Of a DNA stretch of 64,000 bases, positions 29,775 through 39,484 are shown piece after piece. Made by a program: the position numbers and the translations under genes. This stretch comes from Candidatus Woesearchaeota archaeon (lineage in GTDB: Archaea > Nanobdellota > Nanobdellia > Pacearchaeales > GW2011-AR1), in contig CAZFHC010000001.1 of the NCBI GenBank assembly GCA_964518625.1, positions 111 to 64,110 on the forward strand, written 5' to 3'. Each line of letters starts with the position of its first letter. Positions within the stretch are counted from its first letter, which is position 1. The notes beneath the pieces were generated by a model. It did not search any database, was not told where the DNA came from, and saw only the letters and a list, made by a program, of their open reading frames with translations.

Positions 29775-30686
29775 ATGAAAGGAGCTATCAAGAAACTAGT
29801 TATTGGAGGGATTTTAATGGCAATGCCTGTTATAGTCGCTGCTGCTGTAACAAAAGAGGATAGGAATGAATTTAATACTTATGGAATAAATTTACCAATA
29901 TCTAATGAATCTGAAAATAATAATAATCCAGAAGTTATTTATCAAATTAATCAAGAGGATTCAAAATTAGAAAAAAAAATAACAAATACACCTGTAATAC
30001 AAACCCAACGTGAAGAAAATAAAAATTTATATCAAAATTTTGTTGAAGAAAATAAAAATTTATATATTATTCAGAAACAAAAAAACATTTTAGGTATTTT
30101 AAATGATATTGATCCTGTTAAGATTGAAGATTTAAGTAAAAAAGAATTAGAAAATTTGGTTAATATTGATTATGCTTCTATTAATAATAAACCTCTTTTA
30201 GATTTAGATTTACTAGACAAACAAAGTAACAAAAGTGGAAAAACTCTTGATCTGTATTTAACTGATAAAATTCAAGTAAATAGTTCAAATATTAAACTTA
30301 TGGAACAATATGCTGATGTAAACAAATCTATTTTTGATAATTATTTATTAAATAACCAAAATTTTGCAAATTATTTTATAGAAAATGGAGCAGTTAATTT
30401 GGGAAAAGGTTTATTGGATAATGATATTACATATACTGGATCATAATATCATAAAAAAGTTTCAAAAGCAGCAAAAGAAAAAGAAGAAATGGCAAATTAT
30501 AAGAAAAATCATAAGACAAATTATATAACACCTACGACAGAAATTATTATTACGCCGGAAGGACCTGTTGTACAACCTATTGATGGATATATCTCAGGAA
30601 GTGATTCTATTGATGGCGATGGTGGGAGTGCATCTGTTGGAGGATATAGCTCTGGTGGAAGTGGATCTGTCGGAGGAGGGAATTAG
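29775..30686 (+). pseudogene. Secreted hypothetical protein interrupted by one in-frame TAA (30444-30446)
   Basis: ORFs 29775-30446 and 30489-30686 are in the same frame and the 14 codons between them are open; signal peptide and Gly/Ser tail. Confidence 0.55.
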
Positions 30687-30687
30687 T

Positions 30688-32073
30688 ATGAAAAGTAATA
30701 ATTTAATTCTACTTGGGATGTTGTTTTTGTTTAGTCTTGCTTTTGTTAGTGCTAATATTAATGTTAGATATACTGTTTATGAAGCTGAACTTAATGATAC
30801 TAATGATTTGATTGAGACCAGTAATATTGTATCTGGATTTAATGTTGATGTATATACATGTGCTAATTTAAATTGTTCTTTGAAAGGAGCTGAAGTTACA
30901 TCTCTTTCAACTAGTACAAGTGTAGATAATGTTGTTATTAGTTATCCAACTGTTCGATTAAGTGATTATGGTTATGCTTTATATTTTTATGATGAAGATT
31001 ATATTGGTTATCAAGTATGGGGTGAGAAAGCTCAAGGAGATTCTACTGATACTTTTGATGCTCCTAATGTATATTTAGCTAAAAAAACAAATAGATGGTT
31101 ACCTATAAAATCATTTGATGGTGTTTCTAATACTTTAATTGGAAATATCCTTAAATTTAATACAACTGTTGGATTTAGTTCTGCTGATCTATTTTTACCT
31201 GACACAAGACATGTTGATATTGATTTGAAAGAAAATATTAGTGGTTTGGTAACATTTAGTGTGATTGATACTAGTGATTTAAGTGTTGTTTATACTCAAG
31301 TTAAAAATATTGTTTTAGATTATGATGCTGAGACAGATTTAGATTTTGATTATAATTTTAGTAGTATTGGAATTTACAATGTTTGGATTACGACTGAAAT
31401 TGATGACTTAAAAATTATTAATAAAAATTTAGAAAAAGATGTTGTGCAAGTAAAAGTTGTTGAGACTACTAATAATAATTATTCTTTTTCTGAATTAAAT
31501 ATTGATAGAATTTCTGATAACACACCTCAAGTTAATGAAGAAATTGAAATTGATTATTCATATAAATCTAGATATGTTGATGAATTTGGTATTAAGCAAA
31601 AATCAAATTCTACAATTGTTATTAGAATTGATGATTCTTCCAATAATGAAATTTATAATTTTACAGCCTCCTTTAATGATACTGGGAAAAATAAGTTTGT
31701 TTATACATTTAATGATGCTGAAAATTATTTGATAAAAATGAGTATATGTCCTGAAAGAATTGATGGAAATTATAGTTTGTGTTATGAGGAAAATATAACT
31801 ATTTCTGTATGGGAAATTTATGATGGTGATGATGATGATGATGATAGTAGCACTAGCTCTAACAGTGAAATAAAGATTGATATATCGAAAAAATCTACTA
31901 AAGATATTGTATCCGATTTTGTTGTCAGTACTTCTAATTCATACTCTGGAATAGATAAAAGTGAAAACTTCTATCAAGAATTAGAAAATAATTGGCCTGT
32001 TGTGCTTACATTTACTGTTGGGAATCTTCTTTTGATTGGATTGATTGCCTTCTACTTTTTAAAACCATTTTAG
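30688..32073 (+). CDS. Cell-surface protein (signal peptide, beta-rich Ig-like domains, C-terminal TM anchor)
   Basis: ATG 30688 after GGAGG; many N-x-S/T sequons; acidic/Ser linker before the TM. Confidence 0.75.
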   Translation: MKSNNLILLGMLFLFSLAFVSANINVRYTVYEAELNDTNDLIETSNIVSGFNVDVYTCANLNCSLKGAEVTSLSTSTSVDNVVISYPTVRLSDYGYALYFYDEDYIGYQVWGEKAQGDSTDTFDAPNVYLAKKTNRWLPIKSFDGVSNTLIGNILKFNTTVGFSSADLFLPDTRHVDIDLKENISGLVTFSVIDTSDLSVVYTQVKNIVLDYDAETDLDFDYNFSSIGIYNVWITTEIDDLKIINKNLEKDVVQVKVVETTNNNYSFSELNIDRISDNTPQVNEEIEIDYSYKSRYVDEFGIKQKSNSTIVIRIDDSSNNEIYNFTASFNDTGKNKFVYTFNDAENYLIKMSICPERIDGNYSLCYEENITISVWEIYDGDDDDDDSSTSSNSEIKIDISKKSTKDIVSDFVVSTSNSYSGIDKSENFYQELENNWPVVLTFTVGNLLLIGLIAFYFLKPF

Positions 32074-32114
32074 TTTTTCTAAAGATATAAATACCTTATT
32101 TTATTTGTTATTTT

Positions 32115-33182
32115 ATGAATAATGAAATTATTGCAGATAATGCTAAGCTTGTAAAAGAGTTTGGTGCGAAAGATATAAATGACTTAGCAGAGCTACCAAA
32201 CTTGTATACTTTTAAGAAAGGATTAATTTACTCTCATAGAGATTTTGATAGATTCTTTAAGGCTTTAAAAAATGGAGAAGAGTCTGCTATTGTTTCTGGT
32301 ATTAATGCTTCTGGAACTTTACATTTAGGACATAAATTAGTTTTTGATACAAATCTATTTTTCCAAAAAGAATATGGAGTAAAAGTTTTTATCCCAATTT
32401 CTGATGATGAAAGTTTTGTTGCTGGTAAAGTTGATACACAAGAAGAAGCTAAAAATAATGCAATGAAACTTGCTAAAGAAATGTTAGCTTATGGATTTGA
32501 TCCTAAAAAAACATTTTTTATTATTGATAATATTTATACAAATATTTATAATTTGGCTTTTAAAATGAGTAAAAAAATCAATTATTCTGAGATTAAAGCA
32601 ACTTATGGTTATTCTCCTGATAAAAATATTGGTTTACATTTTTATCCTGCGGTTCAGACTGCTCATGTTTTATTTCCTCAAGAGAGGTTTAATATTAAGA
32701 ATGTTTTAGTCCCTATTGGACCTGATGAAGATGCTCATTTAAGAATTGCTCGTGATATTGCTAGTCGTTATGGAATTCCCAAACCTGCTGTAATTCATGT
32801 AAAGTTTTTACCTGGCTTGGATGGTGAAAAAATGAGTAAATCTAAAAATAATGCTATTTTTTTAGACGATAATATAAAAAGTGTGAAAAGAAAATGTAAT
32901 AAAGCGTTATCCGGTGGACAGGAAAAGGTAGAAGATCATAGGAAATTGGGTGGAAATCCTGATATTGATATGGCTTGTCAGTATTTAAAAAATTTCTTTT
33001 TAGATGAGAAAGGAAGTGAAGACTTGTTTAATAAATATAAAAAAGGCCAATTATTAAGTTCCGATATCAAAAATATACTTTATGAACACATTTCAAAATT
33101 TATTATGGATTTTCAAAAGAAAGTTGAAAAAGTTGATGGAAAAATATTGGATGAATGTATTCTAAAAAATTCTTTAAATTAA
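32115..33182 (+). CDS. trpS: Tryptophan--tRNA ligase, archaeal type
   Basis: SHRDF, LHLGH, VPIG.DED.H.R, KMSKS. Confidence 0.93.
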   Translation: MNNEIIADNAKLVKEFGAKDINDLAELPNLYTFKKGLIYSHRDFDRFFKALKNGEESAIVSGINASGTLHLGHKLVFDTNLFFQKEYGVKVFIPISDDESFVAGKVDTQEEAKNNAMKLAKEMLAYGFDPKKTFFIIDNIYTNIYNLAFKMSKKINYSEIKATYGYSPDKNIGLHFYPAVQTAHVLFPQERFNIKNVLVPIGPDEDAHLRIARDIASRYGIPKPAVIHVKFLPGLDGEKMSKSKNNAIFLDDNIKSVKRKCNKALSGGQEKVEDHRKLGGNPDIDMACQYLKNFFLDEKGSEDLFNKYKKGQLLSSDIKNILYEHISKFIMDFQKKVEKVDGKILDECILKNSLN

Positions 33183-33907
33183 AAATTATATAATTTTAAT
33201 ATTGTGTTTGTTGTTATTTTCTTTACTGACTTATCTAAGACTTTTTCACTTAAGTTTATTTCTTTTATAATTTCTTTTGCTTCATTCTTTGTTTTTCCTT
33301 GTTCTACTAATGAATATATTATTGCATTCTTTGTTTTTCCATTTTTTTGTAAGATTGATTTTATTAGTTGTGTTTTTAAATTTTGTTCTCTTGATGTTAA
33401 TTTAATTAACCATGAATTTACTCTTGGTGATGGAATAAATTCTTTTTTATCAATTTTTTTGATATAATTAATTTGATAAAAGATATTTGCCAAAACTCCT
33501 GACTTTGTTTTGTTATTTTCAAGAATTATTTTAAATTTTTCTCCTACAATTAATGTTAAGGATGAAATATCCTCGATTATTGACTTGTTTAAAATTTGTT
33601 CTGAAAGATTGTATGGGATATTCGCAATTATTTTATTGTAATTTATCCATGGAAAAATTATTGCATTGTCATAAATTATTGTAAGATTTTTTGATTTAAT
33701 TGGTTCTAATTTATCTTTGTATTGTTTATCTATTTCAAATATTAAAATTTTATTTGATAACTTTGCTAATTCTTTTGTTAGAGCACCTTCCCCTGCACCG
33801 ATTTCTATTATTTTATCTGTTGATTTTATATCGGAAATTTCAATTTCTTTTTGAATTATTTTAGGATTAGTTAAGAAATGTTGTCCTTTTTGTAAATTTT
33901 GTGACAT
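33179..33907 (-). CDS. rsmA: 16S rRNA adenine dimethyltransferase
   Basis: GQHFL, EIGAG.G.LT, ANIPY, F.PSPRVNS. Confidence 0.9.
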   Translation of the reverse strand: MSQNLQKGQHFLTNPKIIQKEIEISDIKSTDKIIEIGAGEGALTKELAKLSNKILIFEIDKQYKDKLEPIKSKNLTIIYDNAIIFPWINYNKIIANIPYNLSEQILNKSIIEDISSLTLIVGEKFKIILENNKTKSGVLANIFYQINYIKKIDKKEFIPSPRVNSWLIKLTSREQNLKTQLIKSILQKNGKTKNAIIYSLVEQGKTKNEAKEIIKEINLSEKVLDKSVKKITTNTILKLYNF

Positions 33908-34013
33908 AACTAAGAAAGAAGATTCTGGTTTAATTGTTTAACGGTTTATTATAAATAAAATTAATATTAATTAAAATACTTAACTTTATTAATGGTTTTT
34001 TCGAATTTTTTCT

Positions 34014-35387
34014 ATGAATAAAAAGAACACAAATAAATCTAGAAAAAATCTTATTTTAGATGGTCCTATTGTTAAAACATTGGTTTCTCTTGCGATGCCT
34101 ATTATTTTTGCAATGGTTTTGCAGATGATTTATAATTTAACTGATACTTTTTGGGTTGGTCGTTTAGGTGCTAATGCGGTTGCATCTGTTTCTTTAAGTT
34201 GGCCTATTCTGTTTTTGATTACTTCTTTTGGTAATGGTCTAGGTATTGCTGGAACTATTTTAGTTTCTCAATATAAAGGTAAAAAAGATCATAGAAATGT
34301 CGATTTTATTTCTGCTCAGACTATTAGTGCAATGTTCTTGATTTCTGCTGTTGTTGGAGTTTTTGGTTTTTTAATTTCTGGACCTTTGATTGGTTTAATG
34401 GGAGCTTCTCCTAGTGTTATTCCTGATGCTGTTAAATATTTGAAAATCTCATTTTTAGGTGTTTTATTTTCTTATATCTATTTTAGTTTTCAGTCTTTGA
34501 TGAATGGTATTGGTGAGGTAAAGATTCCTTTGTATATTGTTCTTTGTTCGGTTCTATTGAACTTGGTATTGGATCCTTTATTCATTATGGGTTGGAATTT
34601 TATACCTAGTTTTGGTGTTGCAGGTGCTGCTTGGACTACAATTATTTCTCAGGCTTTGTCTTCTCTTGTCGGAATTATAATTTTGATTAAAGGAAGTCGT
34701 GGCATTAAGATGCATTTTAAAGATTTGATTCCACATGTTGGAATTTTTAAGAAAATGTTTAAATTAGGAACACCTGCTGGTATCTCTCAATCTGTACGTG
34801 CATTAAATATGGTTCTTATTACTTTTCTTGTTGTTGGTTTTGGTACAATTTCAGTAGCAGCATTTGGTTTGGGTGTTCGTATTTTAGGATTAATTATTGT
34901 TCCTGGGATGGGATTTTCTATAGCGATTTCTACTATGGTTGGTCAAAATATGGGAGCTAAAAAGATTGATAGAGCAGCACATGTTTCGAATAGGGGAATG
35001 TTACTTGCTTTTGTTACTTTGACTTTGTTTGGAATTATTATGTTTATTGCTGCTAAAAGTGTTGCTAGTGTCTTTGTCCCTGGTGAGATTGAAGTTATTA
35101 GACAGAGCGCTTATTTTATTCGTGCTATGGCTTTGACTTTCGGGTTTATTGGTCTGAATATGGCGATAATCGGTGTTTTTAATGGCTCTGGGAATACACA
35201 TAATGGAATGTTTCTATCTGTTTTGTCTTTGGTTTTTTTGTTTTGTTTTGGGTTCGGATTATCTAGATTTACTTCCTTAGGGATTAATGGCGTTTGGATT
35301 GCTTATCCTATTTCTAATATTTTAACCGGCTTGATTTCGTTTATTTGGATTAAGAGAAGTCGTTGGAAAGAGATAAAAATTATTTAA
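34014..35387 (+). CDS. MATE family efflux transporter
   Basis: YNLTDTFWVG, LNLVLDPLFI, GVAGAAW.T, 12 TM. Confidence 0.93.
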   Translation: MNKKNTNKSRKNLILDGPIVKTLVSLAMPIIFAMVLQMIYNLTDTFWVGRLGANAVASVSLSWPILFLITSFGNGLGIAGTILVSQYKGKKDHRNVDFISAQTISAMFLISAVVGVFGFLISGPLIGLMGASPSVIPDAVKYLKISFLGVLFSYIYFSFQSLMNGIGEVKIPLYIVLCSVLLNLVLDPLFIMGWNFIPSFGVAGAAWTTIISQALSSLVGIIILIKGSRGIKMHFKDLIPHVGIFKKMFKLGTPAGISQSVRALNMVLITFLVVGFGTISVAAFGLGVRILGLIIVPGMGFSIAISTMVGQNMGAKKIDRAAHVSNRGMLLAFVTLTLFGIIMFIAAKSVASVFVPGEIEVIRQSAYFIRAMALTFGFIGLNMAIIGVFNGSGNTHNGMFLSVLSLVFLFCFGFGLSRFTSLGINGVWIAYPISNILTGLISFIWIKRSRWKEIKII

Positions 35388-36078
35388 ATTCTGGTTTAGA
35401 TATTTCTTGAATTTGACCTTCCCCTAAATCACCTAATCCTAAATCACCTATTTTTGTTCTCTTTAACATAAATATTCTATACCCTAAAAAATCTTGTAAC
35501 ACTCGTCTTATTATTCTATTTCTTCCTTCATGGATTGTTATATCAAAGGTATTATCTCTCCTATTTGTAATTTCACCATCAAAATTTATTCCATCAATTC
35601 TCATTCCATGTTCTATTTGTGCAATATCTGTTTTTTTGATTTTTGGATCTGTTCTTATTTTATATTTTTTTTCTACATGGTTTTTAGGATGTGTTAATTT
35701 GTTTGTAAGTTCTCCATCATTTGTTAATAATAACAATCCTTCACTCAGTCCATCTAATCTTCCTACGTAATTTAGATTAAATTTCAATTTTTTTTTCAAT
35801 TGCTGTAATGATTCTAAATCATAAATTGTTTTTCTTTTTTCTGGGTCATCTTTTGTTACGAGATATGTTTTAGGTTTATTTAGAATGTAGTAGTGTTTTT
35901 TTTCTTGTATTGTAATTGGGGTATCGTTTATTAGAATAATGTCTGTTTCTTCTGCTTTATCTCCTAATTTTGCTATTTCACCGTTAAGCTTAACTTTTCC
36001 TTCTTCTATTAACTTTTCTGCTTTTCTTCTTGAGCATTTTCCTGTTGAAGCGATTATCTTTTGAATTCTTTGTTCCAT
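35380..36078 (-). CDS. RsuA/RluB-family pseudouridine synthase with S4 domain
   Basis: SRRKAE, NKP, VGRLD..SEGLLLLTNDG, EGRNR.IRR. Confidence 0.92.
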   Translation of the reverse strand: MEQRIQKIIASTGKCSRRKAEKLIEEGKVKLNGEIAKLGDKAEETDIILINDTPITIQEKKHYYILNKPKTYLVTKDDPEKRKTIYDLESLQQLKKKLKFNLNYVGRLDGLSEGLLLLTNDGELTNKLTHPKNHVEKKYKIRTDPKIKKTDIAQIEHGMRIDGINFDGEITNRRDNTFDITIHEGRNRIIRRVLQDFLGYRIFMLKRTKIGDLGLGDLGEGQIQEISKPEFK

Positions 36079-36100
36079 ACTTAATTAAAGAAATATTGGT

Positions 36101-36589
36101 TTATGAGGCTTTGGTTTTAAAATTTAGATTAAATATCATCCATTCTGTTCCAGAGACCTTTGATGGGGTAAAAGATAAATCATCTGTTTGGTGAAATCCA
36201 TAATGTTCATAAATTTTTATTGCATTTTCATTTCGTTTATCAACTTCTAACAATACTTGAGTTATGTTCTTTTCTTTAGTATATTTTAATAGCTCGTTAA
36301 ATGTAGCATGAAATATACCTTTATTTTGTTGATAAGATTCTACATAATCTATAAACATTGGTCCTTGGATCCTCTCATTAAAAAGATATTCTAATCTTCC
36401 TATTTCTTGGTCATTGTTATCATATGCTAAAATTTGTGAAGAGCCAACCTCCGTTGTGTATTCTAATGAATTTTGCTGTTTAGAATTATTGATAGGTATC
36501 TTTTCACATAATAATTTTGCTGTTTCGGAATCTATTTCTCCATTTAATAATTTATCTGCTATTGTTTCTAATGTTTCTGAATTTCTCAT
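36101..36589 (-). CDS. GNAT acetyltransferase
   Basis: QQNKGI, LEV...NENAIKIYEHYGF. Confidence 0.85.
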   Translation of the reverse strand: MRNSETLETIADKLLNGEIDSETAKLLCEKIPINNSKQQNSLEYTTEVGSSQILAYDNNDQEIGRLEYLFNERIQGPMFIDYVESYQQNKGIFHATFNELLKYTKEKNITQVLLEVDKRNENAIKIYEHYGFHQTDDLSFTPSKVSGTEWMIFNLNFKTKAS

Positions 36590-36694
36590 AGTATTATATT
36601 GATAATAATACTTTTAAAACTTTGGTTATGGAGTTATTATAAAGTAGTTACATATTATATTTTATCGTTGAAATTTTTCTAGAAAATAAATTAT

Positions 36695-37246
36695 TCATTC
36701 AATTTTACTATTTTCAATAAAGACATAACTTGAATCTTTTGCTTGATATAATTCCCTATGTTGACAAATACCCATTGCAAAATTATTTGATTCATTAACT
36801 TTTAATAATGTCTCAATTTTATTTTTTGTTGATCCTAACTCTATTGCTTCATCTATTAACATTTTAGTTATATACTTCTTGTCTAAAGAATAATCTTGTT
36901 CTTTTTTATAAACCTTTATTTCATCTATAAACATTAGTTCTTTTTTTATATCATTAAAATGATATTTTAATTTACCAACTTCTTCATTATTATCATTATA
37001 TACTACAATTCTAGAAGTTTTAGGTATACTTAATACTGTATATTCTGAGGATTTAATATTATTATATAAATCTTCTGCTGATTTTAATGATTCTGGAGTA
37101 ATTTTTGAATTTTGAGAAAAATTTGGTATTAATTCTAAATCTTGTAAAGGTATTATTCTTTCTTCTAAACCTAAACAACACTCTCCTCTTACTAAAGGAT
37201 TTTCGTTATCTTCTAAATCTTCTAAAATTGATTCAAAACATGTCAT
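36695..37246 (-). CDS. Degenerate GNAT-like paralog of 36101-36589
   Basis: YNDNNEEVGKLKYHFN..ELMFID aligns with YDNNDQEIGRLEYLFN..PMFID. Confidence 0.55.
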   Translation of the reverse strand: MTCFESILEDLEDNENPLVRGECCLGLEERIIPLQDLELIPNFSQNSKITPESLKSAEDLYNNIKSSEYTVLSIPKTSRIVVYNDNNEEVGKLKYHFNDIKKELMFIDEIKVYKKEQDYSLDKKYITKMLIDEAIELGSTKNKIETLLKVNESNNFAMGICQHRELYQAKDSSYVFIENSKIE

Positions 37247-37361
37247 ATTATTTTATATATTATAATGTTTTTAAACCTTTAGGTATGTCATTATATAATA
37301 ACTACATAAACTACATTTTTTGCACAGATATCTTTAAAAAGATAATCTTGATAATTCTTGC

Positions 37362-37919
37362 ATGGGATTTGGTTTTTTGATTTTGCCAACTTTGATTTTT
37401 TTATCTAGAATTTGTGATGTTACTCTTGGAACTATTAGAATTATTTTTGTAGCTAAGGGGAAAAAATATTTGGCTCCTGTTCTTGGATTTTTTGAGGTTT
37501 TGATTTGGTTAATTGCAATGCAACAGATTATGAGTAATGTTACGAATATTTGGTTATATATTACTTATGCTGCAGGTTTTGCTGCGGGAAATTTTGTTGG
37601 GATTATGATTGAAGATAAATTATCTATTGGGAAAATTATGATTAGAATTATTACCCAGAATGGTGCAGATGATTTAATTGATGTTTTGAAAGATAAGGAA
37701 TATCGATTAACTTATGTAAATGCTCATGGTCGTGATAATAAAGTTAAAATTATTTTTTCTATAATTGATAGAAAAAAAATTAAGGATATAACAAGTATTA
37801 TTCATAATATTAATCCTAAAGCATTTTATAGTATTGAAGATATTAGATTTGCTCGTGAGGTTGATCAGAATAATCCATTATTTTTCAATTCATTTGGATA
37901 TTATACAAAGTGTAGATAA
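37362..37919 (+). CDS. UPF0316/DUF2179 membrane protein
   Basis: RI.DVTLGTIR, GFFEVLIW, YAAGFAAGN.VG, PKAFYSIED. Confidence 0.88.
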   Translation: MGFGFLILPTLIFLSRICDVTLGTIRIIFVAKGKKYLAPVLGFFEVLIWLIAMQQIMSNVTNIWLYITYAAGFAAGNFVGIMIEDKLSIGKIMIRIITQNGADDLIDVLKDKEYRLTYVNAHGRDNKVKIIFSIIDRKKIKDITSIIHNINPKAFYSIEDIRFAREVDQNNPLFFNSFGYYTKCR

Positions 37920-37936
37920 TGGACTTAGAGTCCATT
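37918..37936. promoter_or_regulatory. Palindrome AATGGACT-TAG-AGTCCATT (operator copy 1)
   Basis: Perfect 8-bp inverted repeat; motif recurs at 38372 and 42494. Confidence 0.6.
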
Positions 37937-37961
37937 TGTTAAATAAAAAAAATTGTTGATT

Positions 37962-38315
37962 TTACTCAACTAAGTTTCTAGCTTGAAAATGATTCATTCT
38001 TTTTTGGAAATTATTTTCAAATTCACCATTTTCTCTTGCTAAAATATTATTTTCATGATTTGCAACTAATTCTTTAAAATCATCTTCTGTCAAACTTTCT
38101 TGCATTCTAGCAATTCTGTCTTCCATTAGTGATTTCCAAGTACTATAATCTTCATTTTCTATTGCTGTTCTCATTACTTCTCTTTCATCTAGAAATAATT
38201 CTTGATCTTCATCAGACATTCTATTAAATCCAAATCCTTGAGCAGCTACTAAACTTATACTAAATAAAGCGATTAAAGATATTGCAAACACTCCTGTTAT
38301 TTTTTTATTATCCAT
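37962..38315 (-). CDS. Small secreted helical protein
   Basis: SD GGAGGT before ATG 38315; signal peptide; AIEN.DY..WK. Confidence 0.7.
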   Translation of the reverse strand: MDNKKITGVFAISLIALFSISLVAAQGFGFNRMSDEDQELFLDEREVMRTAIENEDYSTWKSLMEDRIARMQESLTEDDFKELVANHENNILARENGEFENNFQKRMNHFQARNLVE

Positions 38316-38371
38316 TTTACCTCCTTTCATGTTTTCCATAATTAACTTTAGTTTTTTTATTTTATAAGTAG

Positions 38372-38390
38372 AGTGGATTTGCGGTCCATT
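38372..38390. promoter_or_regulatory. Operator copy 2 (AGTGGAT-TTGCG-GTCCATT) between two divergent TATA boxes
   Basis: TATA elements at 38361-38367 (minus) and 38394-38401 (plus). Confidence 0.65.
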
Positions 38391-38422
38391 GGTTTTATAT
38401 AGTTTCTAAAGTTATTTTTTTT

Positions 38423-39118
38423 ATGGATAAGATAGGAATTGGGATGGGTATGAGGCACTTGGCTGAGGTAACTTTAGGAACAGAAATTTTGTATTCATTT
38501 GTAATTATTGCCTGTTGTTTAATTATTTATTTTGGAACTAAAGAGTTATATGAATTAAGTTCTCATAAGGGAATTAAATATTTCAGATTATCCTTTTTGT
38601 ATTTTGCTATTGCTTACTTTTTTAGATCATTTTTGAAGTTTGTTTTGACAACAATTAGTAAAACGGATGTTTTTGCTTTTCCTACTAGGAGTCTTGGAAT
38701 GGTTAGTTTACCTTTGTTTATTTATTTTAGTTCTATGTCTGTTATGTACTTATTATATAGCACATTGTATAAGAGAATAAAATTAAAAATAAATTTAGAT
38801 ATTTTATTGAATTTTATTGCCATTGGATTAGCAATTATAAGTTTGGTAATTAGAAATCCTATTTTTAATTTCTATTTACATTTGTTATTTTTTATTATAA
38901 TTATTACGTCTGTTATCATTGCTAAGATTTCGGAAAAGAAAAAACACAATCATTTGTATGTTGTGTATTTGATGTTGTTGTTTTTTTGGGGATTAAATAT
39001 TCTTGGGATGATTATTCCTACTTTCTTTCAAACTATTCAGATGTTGATTTATTTGGCTTCTATTTCTATCTTTTTAATAATGTTATATAAAGTTATTAAA
39101 AATACTGGAGGACATTAA
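38423..39118 (+). CDS. Seven-TM membrane protein, putative sensor
   Basis: About 7 hydrophobic helices; TAATG overlap with the wHTH gene. Confidence 0.65.
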   Translation: MDKIGIGMGMRHLAEVTLGTEILYSFVIIACCLIIYFGTKELYELSSHKGIKYFRLSFLYFAIAYFFRSFLKFVLTTISKTDVFAFPTRSLGMVSLPLFIYFSSMSVMYLLYSTLYKRIKLKINLDILLNFIAIGLAIISLVIRNPIFNFYLHLLFFIIIITSVIIAKISEKKKHNHLYVVYLMLLFFWGLNILGMIIPTFFQTIQMLIYLASISIFLIMLYKVIKNTGGH

Positions 39119-39390
39119 TGGCGAAGAGAGGAAAACTTGAAATCATTAGAGACATTTTATTTATAATTCAAGAAAATCGTAATTCTATTAAGAAAACTCC
39201 ATTAATTAGAAAGTCTAATTTGTCGACTGGTAGATTTAATGAATATTATTCTGATTTGATGAGGAAGCGATTTGTTATTGAGATTGTTAACAATAAGAGT
39301 GGAAAAGTTGTTTCGTTGAGTGAGAAGGGACGTAAATTTTTAGAAAAATATCAGGTTATTGTAAGTTTTATTGATGAATTTAATTTGTAA
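39118..39390 (+). CDS. Archaeal winged-helix regulator (HTH_45/DUF4364-like)
   Basis: KR.KLEII.DIL...KT.L..KSNLS...Y...L...L.EKG..FL. Confidence 0.82.
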   Translation: MAKRGKLEIIRDILFIIQENRNSIKKTPLIRKSNLSTGRFNEYYSDLMRKRFVIEIVNNKSGKVVSLSEKGRKFLEKYQVIVSFIDEFNL

Positions 39391-39484
39391 ATTACTAATC
39401 CTGAAACTTTAATATTAGAATTTTCTGCTACTCATATTAAAAAAGAAATAAGCCTCTAAAGAATAAAAGAGTAAAATAAAAAAA

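Noticed and set aside
30444..30446. Alternative genetic code (TAA readthrough)
   Set aside because: TAA ends many conserved genes in this window at the expected positions.
31820..31862. (GAT)n microsatellite
   Set aside because: In-frame poly-Asp linker of a surface protein.
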